Shown here in pieces: positions 1 through 15,763 of a DNA stretch of 64,000 nucleotides. The notes under the pieces are model-generated. The model did not search any database and was not told the origin of the DNA. It saw nothing but the letters and a program-made list of their open reading frames with translations. The first letter of the stretch is position 1, and every line of letters starts with the position of its first letter. The stretch is from Octopus sinensis. Lineage: Eukaryota. Where the stretch lies: positions 1-64,000 of the forward strand of contig NW_021833293.1 of the NCBI RefSeq assembly GCF_006345805.1, written 5' to 3'. The position numbers and the translations under genes are program-made.

Positions 1-3000
1 GAGGGGTAAATTGTAGATATTTACAGTTACATATAGACAGCGAGGGGTAAACTGTATATATTACAGTTACGTATAGAAAGCGAGGGGTAAACTGTATATA
101 TTTACAGTTACATATAGAAAGCAAGGGGTAAACTGTATATATTTACAGTTACATATAGACAGCTAGGGGTAAACTGTATATATTACAGTTACATATAGAA
201 AGCGAGGGGTAAACTGTATATATTTACAGTTACATATAGAAAGCGAGGGGTGTTTATATATTTACAGTTATTAAAAGCGAAGTAAACTGTATATATTTAC
301 AGTTACATATAGAAAGCGAAGGGTAAACTGTATATATTTACAGTTACATATAGAAAGCGAGGGGTAAATGTATATATTTACAGTTACATATAGAAAGCGA
401 GGGGTAAACTGTATATATTTACAGTTACATATAGACAGCGAGGGGTAAACTGTATATATTTACAGTTACATATAGAAAAAGCGAGGGGTAAACTGTATAT
501 ATTTACAGTTACATATAGACAGCGAGGGGTAAACTGTAATATTTACAGTTACGTATAGAAAGCGAGTTGTAAACTGTATATATTTACAGTTACATATAGA
601 AAGCAAGGGGTAAAGGTAAACTGTATATATTTACAGTGACATATAGACAGCGAGGGGGTAAACTGTATATATTTACAGTTACATATAGAAAGCAAGGGGG
701 TAAACTGTATATATTACAGTTACATATAGAAAGCGAGGGGTAGGGTAAACTGTATATATTACAGTTACATATAGAAAGCAAGGGGGTAAACTGTATATAT
801 TTACAGTTACATATAGAAAGCGAGGGGTAAATTGTATATATTTACAGTTACATATAGAAAGCAAGGGGTAAACTGAATATATTTACAGTTACATATAGAC
901 AGCGAGGGGGTAAACTGTATATATTTACAGTTACATATAGAAAGCGAGGGGTAGGGGTATAAACTGTATATTTACAGTTACATATAGAAAGCGAGGGGTA
1001 AACTGTATATATTTACAGTTACATATAGACAGCGAGGGGGTAAACTGTATATATTTACAGTTACATATAGAAGCGAGCGGTAAACTGTATATATTTACAG
1101 TTACACATAGAAAGAAGGGGGTAAACTGTATATATTTACAGTTACATATAGAAAGCAAGGGGTAAACTGTATATATTTACAGTTACGTATAGAAAGCGGG
1201 GGGGTAAATATTTAGTACATTAGAGCGGTAAACTGTATATATTTACAGTTACATATAGAAAGCCAGGGGTAAACTGTATATATTTACAGTTACATATAGA
1301 AAACAAGGGGTAAACTGTATATATTTACAGTTACATATAGACAGCGAGGGGTAAACTGTATATATTTACAGTAACGTATAGTAAGCGAGGGGTAAACTGT
1401 ATATATTTACAGTTACATATAGACAGCGAGGGGTAAACTGTATATATTTACAGTTACATATAGACAGCGAGGGGTAAACTCTATATATTTACAGTTACAT
1501 ATAGAAAGCGAGCGGTAAACTGTATATATTCACAGTTACATATAGAAAGCAAGGGGTAAACTGTATATATTTACAGTTACATATAGAAAGCAAGGGGTAA
1601 ACTGTATATATTTACAGTTACGTATAGAAAGCGAGGGGTAAACTGTATATATTTACAGTTACATATAGAAAGCGAGGGGTAAATTGGATACATTTACAGT
1701 TACATATAGAAAACAAGGGGTAAACTGTATATATATACAGTTACATATAGACAGCGAGGGGCAAACTGTATATATTTACAGTTACGTATAGAAAGCGAGG
1801 GGTAAACTGTATATATTTACAGTTACATATAGACAGCGAGGGGTAAACTGTATATATTTACAGTTACATATAGAAAGCAAGGGGTAAACTGTATATATTT
1901 ACAGTTACATATAGAAAGCGAGGGGTAAACTGTATATATTTACAGTTACATATAGAAAGCGAGGGGTAAATTGTATATATTTACAGTTACATATGGAAAG
2001 CAAGGGGTAAACTGTATATATTTACAGTTACATATAAACAGCGAGGAGTAAACTGTATATACTTACAGGTACGTATAGAAAGCGAGGGGTAAACTGTATA
2101 TATTTACAGTTACATATAGAAAGCGAGGGGTAAACTGTATATATTTACAGTTACATATAGACAGCGAGGTGTAAACTGTATATATTTACAGTTACGTATA
2201 GAAATCAAGGGGTAAACTGTATATATTTACAGTTACATATAGAAAGCGAGGGGTAAACTGTATATATTTACAGTTACATATAGACAGCGAGGGGTAAACT
2301 GTATATACTTACAGGTACGTATAGAAAGCGTGGGGTAAACTGTATATATTTACAGTTATATATAGAAAGCGAGGGGTAAACTGTATATATTTACAGTTAC
2401 ATATAGACAGCGAGGTGTAAACTGTATATATTTACAGTTACGTATAGAAATCAAGGGGTAAACTGTATATATTTACAGTTACATATAGAAAGCGAGGGGT
2501 AAATTGTATATATTTACAGTTACATATAGACAGCGAGGGGTAAACTGTATATATTTACAGTTACGTATAGAAAGCGAGGGGTAAACTGTATATATTTACA
2601 GTTACATATAGAAAGCGAGGGGTAAACTGTATATATTTACAGTTACATATAGACAGCGAGGGGTAAACTGTATATATTTACAGTTACATATAGAAAGCGA
2701 GCGGTAAACTGTATATATTTACAGTTACATATAGACAGCGAGGGGTAAACTGTATATATTTACAATTACATATAGAAAGCGAGGGGTAAACTGTATATAT
2801 TTACAGTTACATATAGACAGCGAGGGGTAACCTGTATATATTTACAGTTACGTATAGAAAGCGAGGGGTAAACTGTATATATTTACAGTTACATATAGAA
2901 AGCGAGGGGTAAACTGTATATATTTACAGTGACATATAGACAGCGAGGGGTAAACTGTATATATTTACAGTTACATATAGAAAGCAAGGGGTAAACTGTA

Positions 3001-6000
3001 TATATTTACAGTTACATATAGAAAGCGAGGGGTAAACTGTATATATTTACAGTTACATATAGAAAGCAAGGGGTAAACTGTATATATTTACAGTTACATA
3101 TAGAAAGCGAGGGGTAAATTGTATATATTTACAGTTACATATAGAAAGCAAGGGGTAAACTGAATATATTTACAGTTACATATAGACAGCGAGGGGTAAA
3201 CTGTATATATTTACAGTTACGTATAGAAAGCGAGGGGTAAACTGTATATATTTACAGTTACATATAGAAAGCGAGGGGTAAACTGTATATATTTACAGTT
3301 ACATATAGACAGCGAGGGGTAAACTGTATATATTTACAGTTACATATAGAAAGCGAGCGGTAAACTGTATATATTTACAGTTACATATAGAAAGCAAGGG
3401 GTAAACTGTATATATTTACAGTTACATATAGAAAGCAAGGGGTAAACTGTATATATTTACAGTTACGTATAGAAAGCGAGGGGTAAACTGTATATATTTA
3501 CAGTTACATATAGAAAGCGAGGGGTAAACTGTATATATTTACAGTTACATATAGAAACAAGGGGGTAAACTGTATATATTACAGTTACATATAGACAGCG
3601 AGGGGTAAACTGTATATATTTACAGTTACGTATAGAAAGCAGAGGGGTAAACTGTATATATTTACAGTTACATATAGAAAGCGAGGGGTAAACTGTATAT
3701 ATTACAGTTACATATAGAAAGCGAGCGGTGTATTAAACTGTATATATTCACAGTAATATAGAAAGCAATAGGGTAAGTAAGGTATAAACTGTATATATTT
3801 ACAGTTACATATAGAAAGCAAGGGGTAAATTGTATATATTTACAGTTACGTATAGAAAGCGAGGGGTAAACTGTATATATTTACAGTTACATATAGAAAG
3901 CGAGGGGTAAATTGGATACATTTACAGTTACATATAGAAAACAAGGGGTAAACTGTATATATATACAGTTACATATAGACAGCGAGGGGTAAACTGTATA
4001 TATTTACAGTTACGTATAGAAAGCGAGGCGTAAACTGTATATATTTACAGTTACATATAGACAGCGAGGGGTAAACTGTATATATTTACAGTTACATATA
4101 GAAAGCAAGGGGTAAACTGTATATATTTACAGTTACATATAGAAAGCGAGGGGTAAACTGTATATATTTACAGTTACATATAGAAAGCGAGGGGTAAATT
4201 GTATTTATTTACAGTTACATATAGAAAGCAAGGGGTAAACTGTATATATTTACAGTTACATATAGACAGCGAGGAGTAAACTGTATATACTTACAGGTAC
4301 GTATAGAAAGCGAGGGGTAAACTGTATATATTTACAGTTACATATAGAAAGCGAGGGGTAAACTGTATATATTTACAGTTACATATAGACAGCGAGGTGT
4401 AAACTGTATATATACAGTACGTATAGAAATCAAGGGGGTAAACTGTATATATTTACAGTTACATATAGAAAGCGAGGGGGTAAATTGTATATATTTACAG
4501 TTACATATAGACAGCGAGGGGGTAAACTGTATATATTTACAGTTACGTATAGAAAGCGAGGGGTAAAGTGTATATATTTACAGTTACATATAGAAAGCAA
4601 GGGGTAAACTGTATATATTTACAGTTACATATAGACAGCTAGGGGTAAACTGTATATATTTACAGTTACATATAGAAAGCGAGGGGTAAATTGTATATAT
4701 CTACAGTTACATATAGAAAGCGAGGGGTAAATTGTATATATTTACAGTTACATATAGAAAGCGAGGCGTAAACTGTATATATTTACAGTTACATATAGAA
4801 AGCGAGGGGTAAATTGTATATATTTACAGTTACATATAGAAAGGGAGGGGTAAACTGTATATATTTACAGTTACATATAGACAGCGAGGGGTAAACTGTA
4901 TATATTTACAGTTACATATAGAAAGCGAGGGGTAAACTGTATATATTTACAGTTACATATAGACAGCGAGGGGTAACCTGTATATATTTACAGTTACGTA
5001 TAGAAAGCGAGGGGTAAACTGTATATATTTACAGTTACATATAGAAAGCGAGGGGTAAACTGTATATATTTACAGTGACATATAGACAGCGAGGGGTAAA
5101 CTGTATATATTTACAGTTACATATAGAAAGCAAGGGGTAAACTGTATATATTTACAGTTACATATAGAAAGCGAGGGGTAAACTGTATATATTTACAGTT
5201 ACATATAGAAAGCAAGGGGTAAACTGTATATATTTACAGTTACATATAGAAAGCGAGGGGTAAATTGTATATATTTACAGTTACATATAGAAAGCAAGGG
5301 GTAAACTGAATATATTTACAGTTACATATAGACAGCGGGGGGTAAACTGTATATATTTACAGTTACGTATAGAAAGCGAGTAGGGGTAAACTGTATATAT
5401 TTACAGTTACATATAGAAAGCGAGGGGTAAACTGTATATATTTACAGTTACATATAACAGCGAGGGTAAACTGTATATATTTACAGTTACATATAGAAAG
5501 CGAGCGGGTAAACTGTATATATTTACAGTTACATATAGAAAGCAAGGGGGTAACTGTAAACTGTATATTTACAGTTACATATAGAAAGCAGGGGTAAGGG
5601 TGTAAACTATATTTACAGTTACGTATAGAAAGTGAGGGGGGTAAACTGTATATATTTACAGTTACATATAAAGCGAGGGGGGTAAATTGTATACATTTAC
5701 AGTTACATATAGAAAACAAGGGGTTAACTGTATATATATACAGTTACATAGCAGCGAAGGAGGGGGGTAAACTGTATATATTTACAGTTACGTATAGAAA
5801 GCGAGGGGTAAACTGTATATATTTACAGTTACATATAGAAAGCGAGGGGTAAACTGTATATATTTACAGTTACATATAGAAAGCAAGGGGTAAACTGTAT
5901 ATATTTACAGTTACATATAGAAAGCGAGGGGTAAACTGTATATATTTACAGTTACATATAGAAAGCGAGGGGTAAATTGTATATATTTACAGTTACATAT

Positions 6001-9000
6001 AGAAAGCAAGGGGTAAACTGTATATATTTACAGTTACATATAGACAGCGAGGGGTAAACTGTATATACTTACAGGTACGTATAGAAAGTGAGGGGTAAAC
6101 TGTATATATTTACAGTTACATATAGAAAGCGAGGGGTAAATTGTATATATTTACAGTTACATATAGACAGCGAGGGGTAAATTGTATAGATTTACAGTTA
6201 CATATAGACAGCGAGGGGTAAAGTGTATATATTTACAGTTACATATAGAAAGCAAGGGTTAAACTGTATATATTTACAGTTACATATAGACAGCGAGGGG
6301 TAAACTGTATATATTTACAGTTACATATAGACAGCGAGGAGTAAACTGTATATATTTACAGTTACATATAGAAAGCAAGGGGTAAACTGTATATATTTAC
6401 AGTTACATATAGAAAGCGGGGTTAAACTGTATAATTTACAGTTACATATAAAAAGCAAGGGGTAAACTGTATATATTTACAGTTACATATAGACAGCGAG
6501 TAGTACTGTATATATTTACATTTACGTATAGAAAGCGAGGGGTAAACTGTATATATTTACAGTTACATATAGAAAGCGAGGGGTAAACTGTATATATTTA
6601 CAGTTACATATAGACAGCGAGGGGTAAACTGTATATATTTACAGTTACATATAGAAGCGAGCGGTAAACTGTATATATTTACAGTTACATATAGAAGCGA
6701 GGGGTAAACTGTATATATTTACATTACATATAGAAAGCGAGGGGTAACTGTATATATTTACAGTTACATATAGAAGCGAGGGGTAAACTGTATTATTTTC
6801 AGTTACATATAGAAAGCGAGGGGTAAATTGTATATATTACAGTTACATATAGAAAACAAGGGGTAAACTGTATATATGTACAGTTACATATAACAGCGGG
6901 GGGTAAACTGTATATATTTACAGTTACGTAGAAAGCGAGGGGTAAACTGTAATATATTTACAGTTACATATAGAAGCGAGGTGTAAACTGTATATATTTA
7001 CAGTTACATATAGACAGCGAGGGGTAAACTGTATATATTTACAGGTACATATAGAAAGCAAGGGGTAAACTGTATATATTTACAGTTACATATAGAAAGC
7101 GAGGGGTAAACTGTATATATTTACAGTTACATATATACAGCGAGGGGTAAACTGTATATATTTACAGTTACATATAGAAAGCAAGGGGTAAACTGTATAT
7201 AGTTACAGTTACACATAGAAAGCAAGTGGTAAACTGTATATATTTACAGTTACATATAGAAAGCGACGGGTAAATTGTATATATTTACAGTTACATATAG
7301 AAAGCAAGGGGTAAACTGTATATATTTACAGTTATATATAGACAGCGAGGGGTATACTGTATATATTTACAGGTACGTATAGAAAGCGAGGGGTAAACTG
7401 TATATATTTACAGTTACATATAGAAAGCGATGGGTAAACTGTATATATTTACAGTTACATATAGACAGCGAGGTGTAAACTGTATATATTTACAGTTACG
7501 TATAGAAATCAAGGGGTAAACTGTATATATTTACAGTTACATATAGAAAGCAAGGGATAAACTGTATATATTTACAGTTACATATAGACAGCGAGGGGTA
7601 AACTGTATATATTTACAGTTACATATAGACAGCGAGTGGTAAACTGTATATATTTACAGTTACGTATAGAAAGCGAGGGGTAAACTGTATATATTTACAG
7701 TTACATATAGAAAGCGAGGGGTAAACTGTATATATTTACAGTGACATATAGACAGCGAAGGGTAAACTGTATATATTTACAGTTACATATAGAAAGCAAG
7801 GGGTAAACTGTATATATTTACAGTTACATATAGACAGCGAGGGGTAAACTGTATATATTTACAGTTACGTATAGAAAGCGAGGGGTAAACTGTATATATT
7901 TACAGTTACATATAGAAAGCGAGGGGTAAATTGTATATATTTACAGTTACATATAGAAAGCAAGGGGTAAACTGTATATATTTACAGTTACATATAGACA
8001 GCGATGGGTAAACTGTATATATTTACAGTTACGTATAGAAAGCGAGGGGTAAACTGTATATTTTCAGTTACATATAGAAAGCGAGGGGTAAACTGTATAT
8101 ATTTACAGTTACATATAGACAGCGAGGGGTAAACTGTATATATTTACAGTTACGTATAGAAAGCAAGGGGTAAACTGTATATATTTACAGTTACATATAG
8201 AAAGCGAGGGGTAAACTGTATATATTTACAGTTACATATAGAAAGCGAGGGGTAAATTGTATATATTTACAGTTACATATAGAAAGCAAGGGGTAAACTG
8301 TATATATTTACAGTTACATATAGACAGCGAGGGGTAAACTGTATATATTTACAGTTACATATAGAAAGCGAGGGGTAAACTGTATATATTTACAGTTACA
8401 TATAGAAAGCGAGGGGTAAACTGTATATATTTACAGTTACATATAGACAGCGAGGGGTAAACTGTATATATTTACAGTTACGTATAGAAAGCAAGGGGTA
8501 AACTGTATATATTTACAGTTACATATAGAAAGCAAGGGGTAAACTGTATATATTTACAGTTACATATAGACAGCGAGGGGTAAACTGTATATATTTACAG
8601 TTACATATAGAAAGCAAGGGGTAAACTGTATATATTTACAGTTACGTATAGACAGTTAGGGGTAAACTGTATATATTTACAGTTACATATAGAAAGCATG
8701 GGGTAAACTGTATATATTTACAGTTACGTATAGAAAGCAAGGGGTAAACTGTATATATTTACAGTTACATATAGAAAGCGAGGGGTAAACTGTATATATT
8801 TACAGTTACATATAGAAAGCGAGGGGTAAATTGTATATATTTACAGTTACATATAGAAAGCGAGGGGTAAACTGTATATATTTACAGTTACATATAGAAA
8901 GCGAGGGGTAAACTGTATATATTTACTGTTACATATAGACAAAGAGGGGTAAACTGTATATATTTACAGTTACATATCGAAGCGACGGGTAAATTGTATA

Positions 9001-10759
9001 TATTTACAGTTACATATAGAAAGCAAGGGGTAAACTGTATATATTTACAGTTATATATAGACAGCGAGGGGTATACTGTATATATTTACAGGTACGTATA
9101 GAAAGCGAGGGGTAAACTGTATATATTTACAGTTACATATAGAAAGCGATGGGTAAACTGTATATATTTACAGTTACATATAGACAGCGAGGGGTAAACT
9201 GTATATATTTACAGTTACGTATAGAAATCAAGGGGTAAACTGTATATATTTACAGTTACATATAGAAAGCAAGGGATAAACTGTATATATTTACAGTTAC
9301 ATATAGACAGCGAGGGGTAAACTGTATATATTTACAGTTACATATAGACAGCGAGTGGTAAACTGTATATATTTACAGTTACGTATATAGAAGCGAGCGG
9401 GGGTAAACTGTATATATTTACAGTTACATATAGAAAGCGAGGGGTAAACTGTATATATTTACAGTGACATATAGACAGCGAAGGGTAAACTGTATATATT
9501 ACAGTTACATATAGAAAGCAAGGGGTAAACTGTATATATTTACAGTTACATATAGACAGCGAGGGGTAAACTGTATATATTTACAGTTACGTATAGAAAG
9601 CGAGGGGTAAACTGTATATATTTACAGTTACATATAGAAAGCGAGGGGTAAATTGTATATATTTACAGTTACATATAGAAAGCAAGGGGTAAACTGTATA
9701 TATTTACAGTTACATATAGACAGCGAGGGGTAAACTGTATATATTTACAGTTACGTATAGAAAGCGAGGGGTAAACTGTATATATTTACAGTTACATATA
9801 GAAAGCGAGGGGTAGGTAAATAAACGTATATATTTACAGTTACATATAGAAAGCGAGGGGTAAACTGTATATATTTACAGTTTATATAGAAAGCAAGGGG
9901 TAAACTGTATATATTTACAGTTACATATAGAAAGCGAGGGGTAAACTGTATATATTTACAGTTACATATAGAAAGCGAGGGGTAAATTGTATATATTTAC
10001 AGTTACATATAGAAAGCAAGGGGTAAACTGTATATATTTACAGTTACATATAGACAGCGAGGGGTAAACTGTATATATTTACAGTTACATATAGAAGCGA
10101 GGGGTAAACTGTATATATTTACAGTTACATATAGAAAGCGAGGGGTAAACTGTATATATTTACAGTTACATATAGACAGCGAGGGGTAAACTGTATATAT
10201 TTACAGTTACGTATAGAAAGCAAGGGGGGTAAACTGTATATATTTACAGTTACATATAGAAAGCAAGGGGTAAACTGTATATATTTACAGTTACATATAG
10301 ACAGCGAGGGGGTAAACTGTATATATTTACAGTTACATATAGAAAGCAAGGGGTAAACTGTATTATTTACAGTTACGTATAGACAGTTAGGGGTAAACTG
10401 TATATATTTACAGTTACATATAGAAAGCATGGGGTAAACTGTTATATTTTACAGTTACGTATAGAAAGCAAGGGGTAAACTGTATATATTTACAGTTACA
10501 TATAGAAAGCGAGGGGTAAACTGTATATATTTACAGTTACATATAGAAAGCGAGGGGTAAATTGTATATATTTACAGTTACATATAGAAAGCGAGGGGTA
10601 AACTGTATATATTTACAGTTACATATAGAAAGCGAGGGGTAAACTGTATATATTTACTGTTACATATAGACAAAGAGGGGTAAACTGTATATATTTACAG
10701 TTACATATCGAAAGCGACGGGTAAATTGTATATATTTACAGTTACATATAGATAGCGAG
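1..10759. repeat. 41-bp tandem satellite, ~260 copies, runs off the left edge of the window
   Basis: Monomer GAGGGGTAAACTGTATATATTTACAGTTACATATAGAAAGC (e.g. 1920-1960) repeats head-to-tail with few variant positions and ends abruptly near 10759. Confidence 0.98.
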
Positions 10760-11164
10760 AAATTTATTACTTGCTATTTAGAGTTGAAACTGAAAGTATT
10801 TCTGTTTTTCATTTATCAATCGGCTTCGAGGGCATAAGCAGCATTCGAGACCCTGGAGTTCCGTGGCTGGATTACACCTAGACTTGTTCGGAGCAGAATT
10901 TAGACTGAATATCGAGATCATGAGTGCGAAGTACATGAATCGAAATGCTCAGTCTTTGTTTCACAGTCCATTACCTATTCAACTATACATAGGCTGAGAG
11001 CAGAGAGAGAGAGAGAGAGAGAAGAGAGATAGAAAGAGAAGGGAATAAATACAAGAGAGAAGGAAAGGTAGAGAGAGACAGAGATGGAGAGAAATAAGTG
11101 AGAGAATGTTAGTGAATAACTAATGACATAGTGAGTGTATAATTTCCCACCCATTAATACTAAT

Positions 11165-11360
11165 TTATATATATATATATATATAAGTATGTGTGTTTGT
11201 GCGCGTGGGTGCACGCGCGCGTGTGTCTCTGTCTCCCTGTGTGTGCATACGTGTGCATATATATATATATATATATATACATATATATATGTAATATATA
11301 TACACACATGTTCATATATATATAGATCTGTGTGTTTGTAAATAGTATGTGCATTTACAT

Positions 11361-11396
<36 letters not shown>

Positions 11397-11650
11397 CATA
11401 TATATATATATAGTATATATATATACGTATATATACATATATTACACATGTGCATATATATATATGTATATATATACGTATATATACATATATATACACA
11501 TGTGCATATATATATATATATATATATATACGTATATATACATATACATACACATGTGCATATAATATATATATATAATATATATATATATATATTATAT
11601 ATATATATATAGGTATGTATGTATGTATGTTATATATATATATATATCAT
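11165..11650. repeat. (TA)n/(TG)n microsatellite block with a ~60-bp compound unit repeated ~3 times
   Basis: TATATACGTATATATACATA...CACATGTGCATATA recurs at ~11420, ~11472 and ~11525. Representative of many (TA)n tracts in the window. Confidence 0.85.
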
Positions 11651-12091
11651 TCATACCATATATAAACATTATATGTTTATAATGGATGTTAAGTTAGTTT
11701 CTAAACGTTCCCATTGTAGAATAGATGCTATTTTAGCGACGAAAAATACAATTGTTTAGTTCAAAGGTGAACGTTTCTATGGAATATTAAAATACATTGT
11801 TCTCTGTTCAGCGATGGAATTTCTAGCTTTTGTTGTTGAAATAATCTCACAATTCACAATTCATTGATTCCAATTATGGCAACTTTGCTAAAGGGACAAT
11901 ATACTATAGCTACTACTATCGTATAGTTCTATATTTCTATCTTTGCTTCGATGACTGCCCTTCCCTATATATCTTTCCTTATCTATCTATCTATCTTTCT
12001 ATATATTTATTTATTTATTTATGTATTTATCTATCTATCTCTATACCAGTCTATCTAATTATCTACTCAACTATCGCCATATAAATCGCTA

Positions 12092-12156
<65 letters not shown>

Positions 12157-12192
12157 ATATATATATATGCATATACATATACATACACCTAT

Positions 12193-12246
<54 letters not shown>

Positions 12247-12968
12247 TTGTATATAAATATATATATATACATACATATATAAGAGTATATGTATGCATGT
12301 ATACATGTATACGTGTACATTTTCCCTGCACTCGCAGTTTTTAAACCCCGTTTACTACATGGCATGTACGTGTTCTAATGTATGTATGACTGTTTCCATG
12401 CATATATATGTGTATGCGTATTTGTATATATATATATAAATATACGTACACCTGTGTGCATGTGTACGAAAGGGGGAGAGTAAGAATTTATGAATAATTA
12501 ACAATAACAGTATCTATACATATACATCTATATATATATATATAATTATTCATGCGCAGAGAAATATACATTTGCACATATATTTGTGTATACATATGAG
12601 CTTGTGTGTTGCTGTGTACATAAGGGCTATAAACAGATAATGTAATAAACCCGCCTTATTAGGCTAATCATGATATCAAATTATTCTGGAGAATCACAAA
12701 AGATATCTGAAAATATTAACGTTATTAACTTTATTTGTCAGTTGACACTTGAATATGTACACCTCATCTGCGCCGGTAGCAATTCAATCTATGGCAGACT
12801 TGTGGAGGATTGTCTCTGGATTGGTTATAGAGTAACTATTTCAATACAGAGAAAATGCAATGATTATAGCAGCATTTGTATATCTGAAGCAATTCTTAAT
12901 TGCCATATATTAATCTTCGTACTTAGATATTGTAGGATTATATTATCGCATGGATAATATATATATAA

Positions 12969-13007
<39 letters not shown>

Positions 13008-13036
13008 GGGAAACCACTAAGTGGACACCCTTATGC

Positions 13037-13113
<77 letters not shown>

Positions 13114-13292
13114 ATATATATGTATATATATATATACATATATATGCATATATTTATATATATATATATTTATATATATATATATACATACATATATATA
13201 TATATTATATATATATATCCATACACACACGCGCACAATCACACACACACACCAGACATATAAGAATACAGTAGTTAATGAATGGTTCAGAT

Positions 13293-13390
13293 AAGATCCG
13301 GGTTACCTATATCTCATAGCCAGCGGAAGCTCAGAAGTGGTAAATATCTCTGGTACACTTCAGACCAAGGATAACTTGATTAAATGAAAG
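13293..13390. repeat. Unclassified dispersed repeat, second copy at ~46340-46450
   Basis: TAAGATCCGGGTTACCTATATCTCATAGCCAGCGGAAGCTCAGAAGTGGTAAATAT aligns with TAAGATCCGTGCTACTTATGTTTCATAGCGAGCGGAACCTCGGAAGTGGTAAATAT. Confidence 0.7.
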
Positions 13391-13596
13391 TTTACATTGT
13401 CGCAATGAGGTGCATGTTAACACGTGGAAGATTCAGTCAGAAAATGTAGAGAGCACAGTATCGCACTACGAGAAGAAAAACCGCCCTTCTGTCTCAACGA
13501 ACTACTATTGTCCCGGAAAGCTGTTTTTTGTATTTACCACGGATTGCTTCCTCTACCCCAATATTTGGATCTTATACACACACACACATACACACA

Positions 13597-13672
<76 letters not shown>

Positions 13673-14006
13673 TGCAAATGTATATATACATATGCATACA
13701 TGCCTGTCCCTGCGACTGAATGGAGATATGCATGAGTGAATGCGGTCATAGCTGCGTATAAATGAATTCACCTTGAAATCATGCGATCCTAAGATCCAAT
13801 ATATCACGTTCGTAACGTTAGCAATGTTTATGCCATGGGCACAATTTGACTCAGTGTTTGTTGGTAATAGTTGGGTTGATGGAAAATATGCAGATGACGG
13901 CCAGATGCATTGCGTAACAATAATTTAAGAGTCTGTATTATGTCACTTTCAATTGCCTTGTGAGATAAACTTGTGTATATATATATACACAAAAGCACAC
14001 ACACAC

Positions 14007-14044
<38 letters not shown>

Positions 14045-14519
14045 TTATATATATGCATGCACACACAGGTACACTTATGTAATGTGCAGGGACAATGAGA
14101 GTTTTGTTGTGTCATATCCTGTCCGCTTCTCTTATTGGTTACTTTGGAGGACACATCACATATATATTTCTAATAAAGATGGCAAGTGCTCTAGTCATTC
14201 AAGGCAAAAGACTTAGATTTCATTAAAGCCCGTCGTTAATATCGTGCTATATTGAAATTGATCAATAATATGATAGGCGTATCAGACGGAATGTCATTCA
14301 GCGATCTCTAAATTCAGTTTCGTATCGTTGAATGTATAACCACAAACTTCTCTGCGATCCTTTCAACAATGTTTGTATTCTGTTCAATATGAACGTAACA
14401 CGTCGTTTATGTGATAATTTGAAATTGTGTGTAAATACAAATTGCTAACCTTATTTAGAAAGTAAGAGAATTTAGATACGTGGGAGCAGGATTCGAAACC
14501 AAGTCCTTATATGTAATCT

Positions 14520-14645
14520 CCAAGTTCGTAGTTTCGAACCCCAGAACGTCATTGCTTTGTTTTCTTGAGTAAATCACTTCATTTCACCTTGTTCCCGTCG
14601 ATTCAACTGTAAATTGGTAACCCTGCGCCAGGCTAGGGTTTCATT
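14520..14645 (+). mobile_element. Degenerate tRNA-derived SINE fragment
   Basis: B-box-like GTTTCGAACCCC followed by GTTTTCTTGAGTAAATCACTTCATTTCAC, similar to the SINE body at 28010-28070 (minus strand). Confidence 0.55.
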
Positions 14646-15280
14646 CATGGGCTATGTACACTCGTCCGACAAAGCGATGGAGTAGCGACAGTTAAAGGGT
14701 GAAATAATGTAAGGAATATTAATCTCCTTTTCTATGAGGTAGAGTTAACGCTTGGAGAGATTACTAGAAAGATCATTGTTGTATGGCACTGCAGTTTAAT
14801 GCAAAAAAGTCTCTTAGAAGTGTTACGTATGTTCCATCTAATTTCCTTTGCAGTGCCTAAGAGATTGCAGCTGTGCACGTTTGTTGCTGTTGCTCGAAAG
14901 AATCTAAACGCAAGCCTTCAGTTTTGCAAATAATATTCTTGTTTCAAACAGCAGGCCACAATGTGAGATTCAATGTCATTCTGACTTGCATTGACCCATG
15001 CTCACGATATGCAAAAATCGACTACTTTTATTGTAATAACTAATAGTAAGTAGGAAGATACGTCTCGGTTACAAGGCGGGTACTTGATTTTGTATAATCC
15101 ATAATTACAGGACTATCCAAGCAATAAATTCATATACAGACATATATATATACATATATATATATATGTGTGTGTGTATGTACGTGTGTGTGTGTGTGTG
15201 TACGTGTATATATATGTGGTGAGTTTATACATGCATATATATACGCATACATACACATGTATACTAGCATACATATATAC

Positions 15281-15315
<35 letters not shown>

Positions 15316-15675
15316 CAGACGTATACAGGAAGCAGTGAATTATCACTGATACTAATGCAGTTCACTGCTAATGAAGCTGCAAGATATAGAGGTCCATTAA
15401 GTGCTATAGTCTGCACAATCGTTCAAATATGTATACATGAGATGAAAGTTGAACAATGAAATCATCTATTGTAATGTCAAAGCATTCAGTTTCTAGAGAG
15501 CAAATATTTAAACCCAACTCAGGCTCTCAAAATAGGCTAATAAACCAAATATATCGTGACATATGAATATTTGACGATTGATGAATATACTATATCTATC
15601 TATCTGTCTGTCTGTCTGTCTCTCTCTATGTATCTATCAATCTGTTTGTTTGTCTGTCTGTTTGTCTATCTATCA

Positions 15676-15749
<74 letters not shown>

Positions 15750-15763
15750 TTATCTATCTATCT

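Noticed and set aside
590-10430. ORFs made of SICNCKYIQFTP repeats
   Set aside because: They are translations of the satellite, open only where indels remove the periodic stops.
1-10759. Palindromic ~40-bp repeats as a CRISPR array
   Set aside because: There are no unique spacers, the monomers are contiguous, no cas genes are present and the context is eukaryotic.
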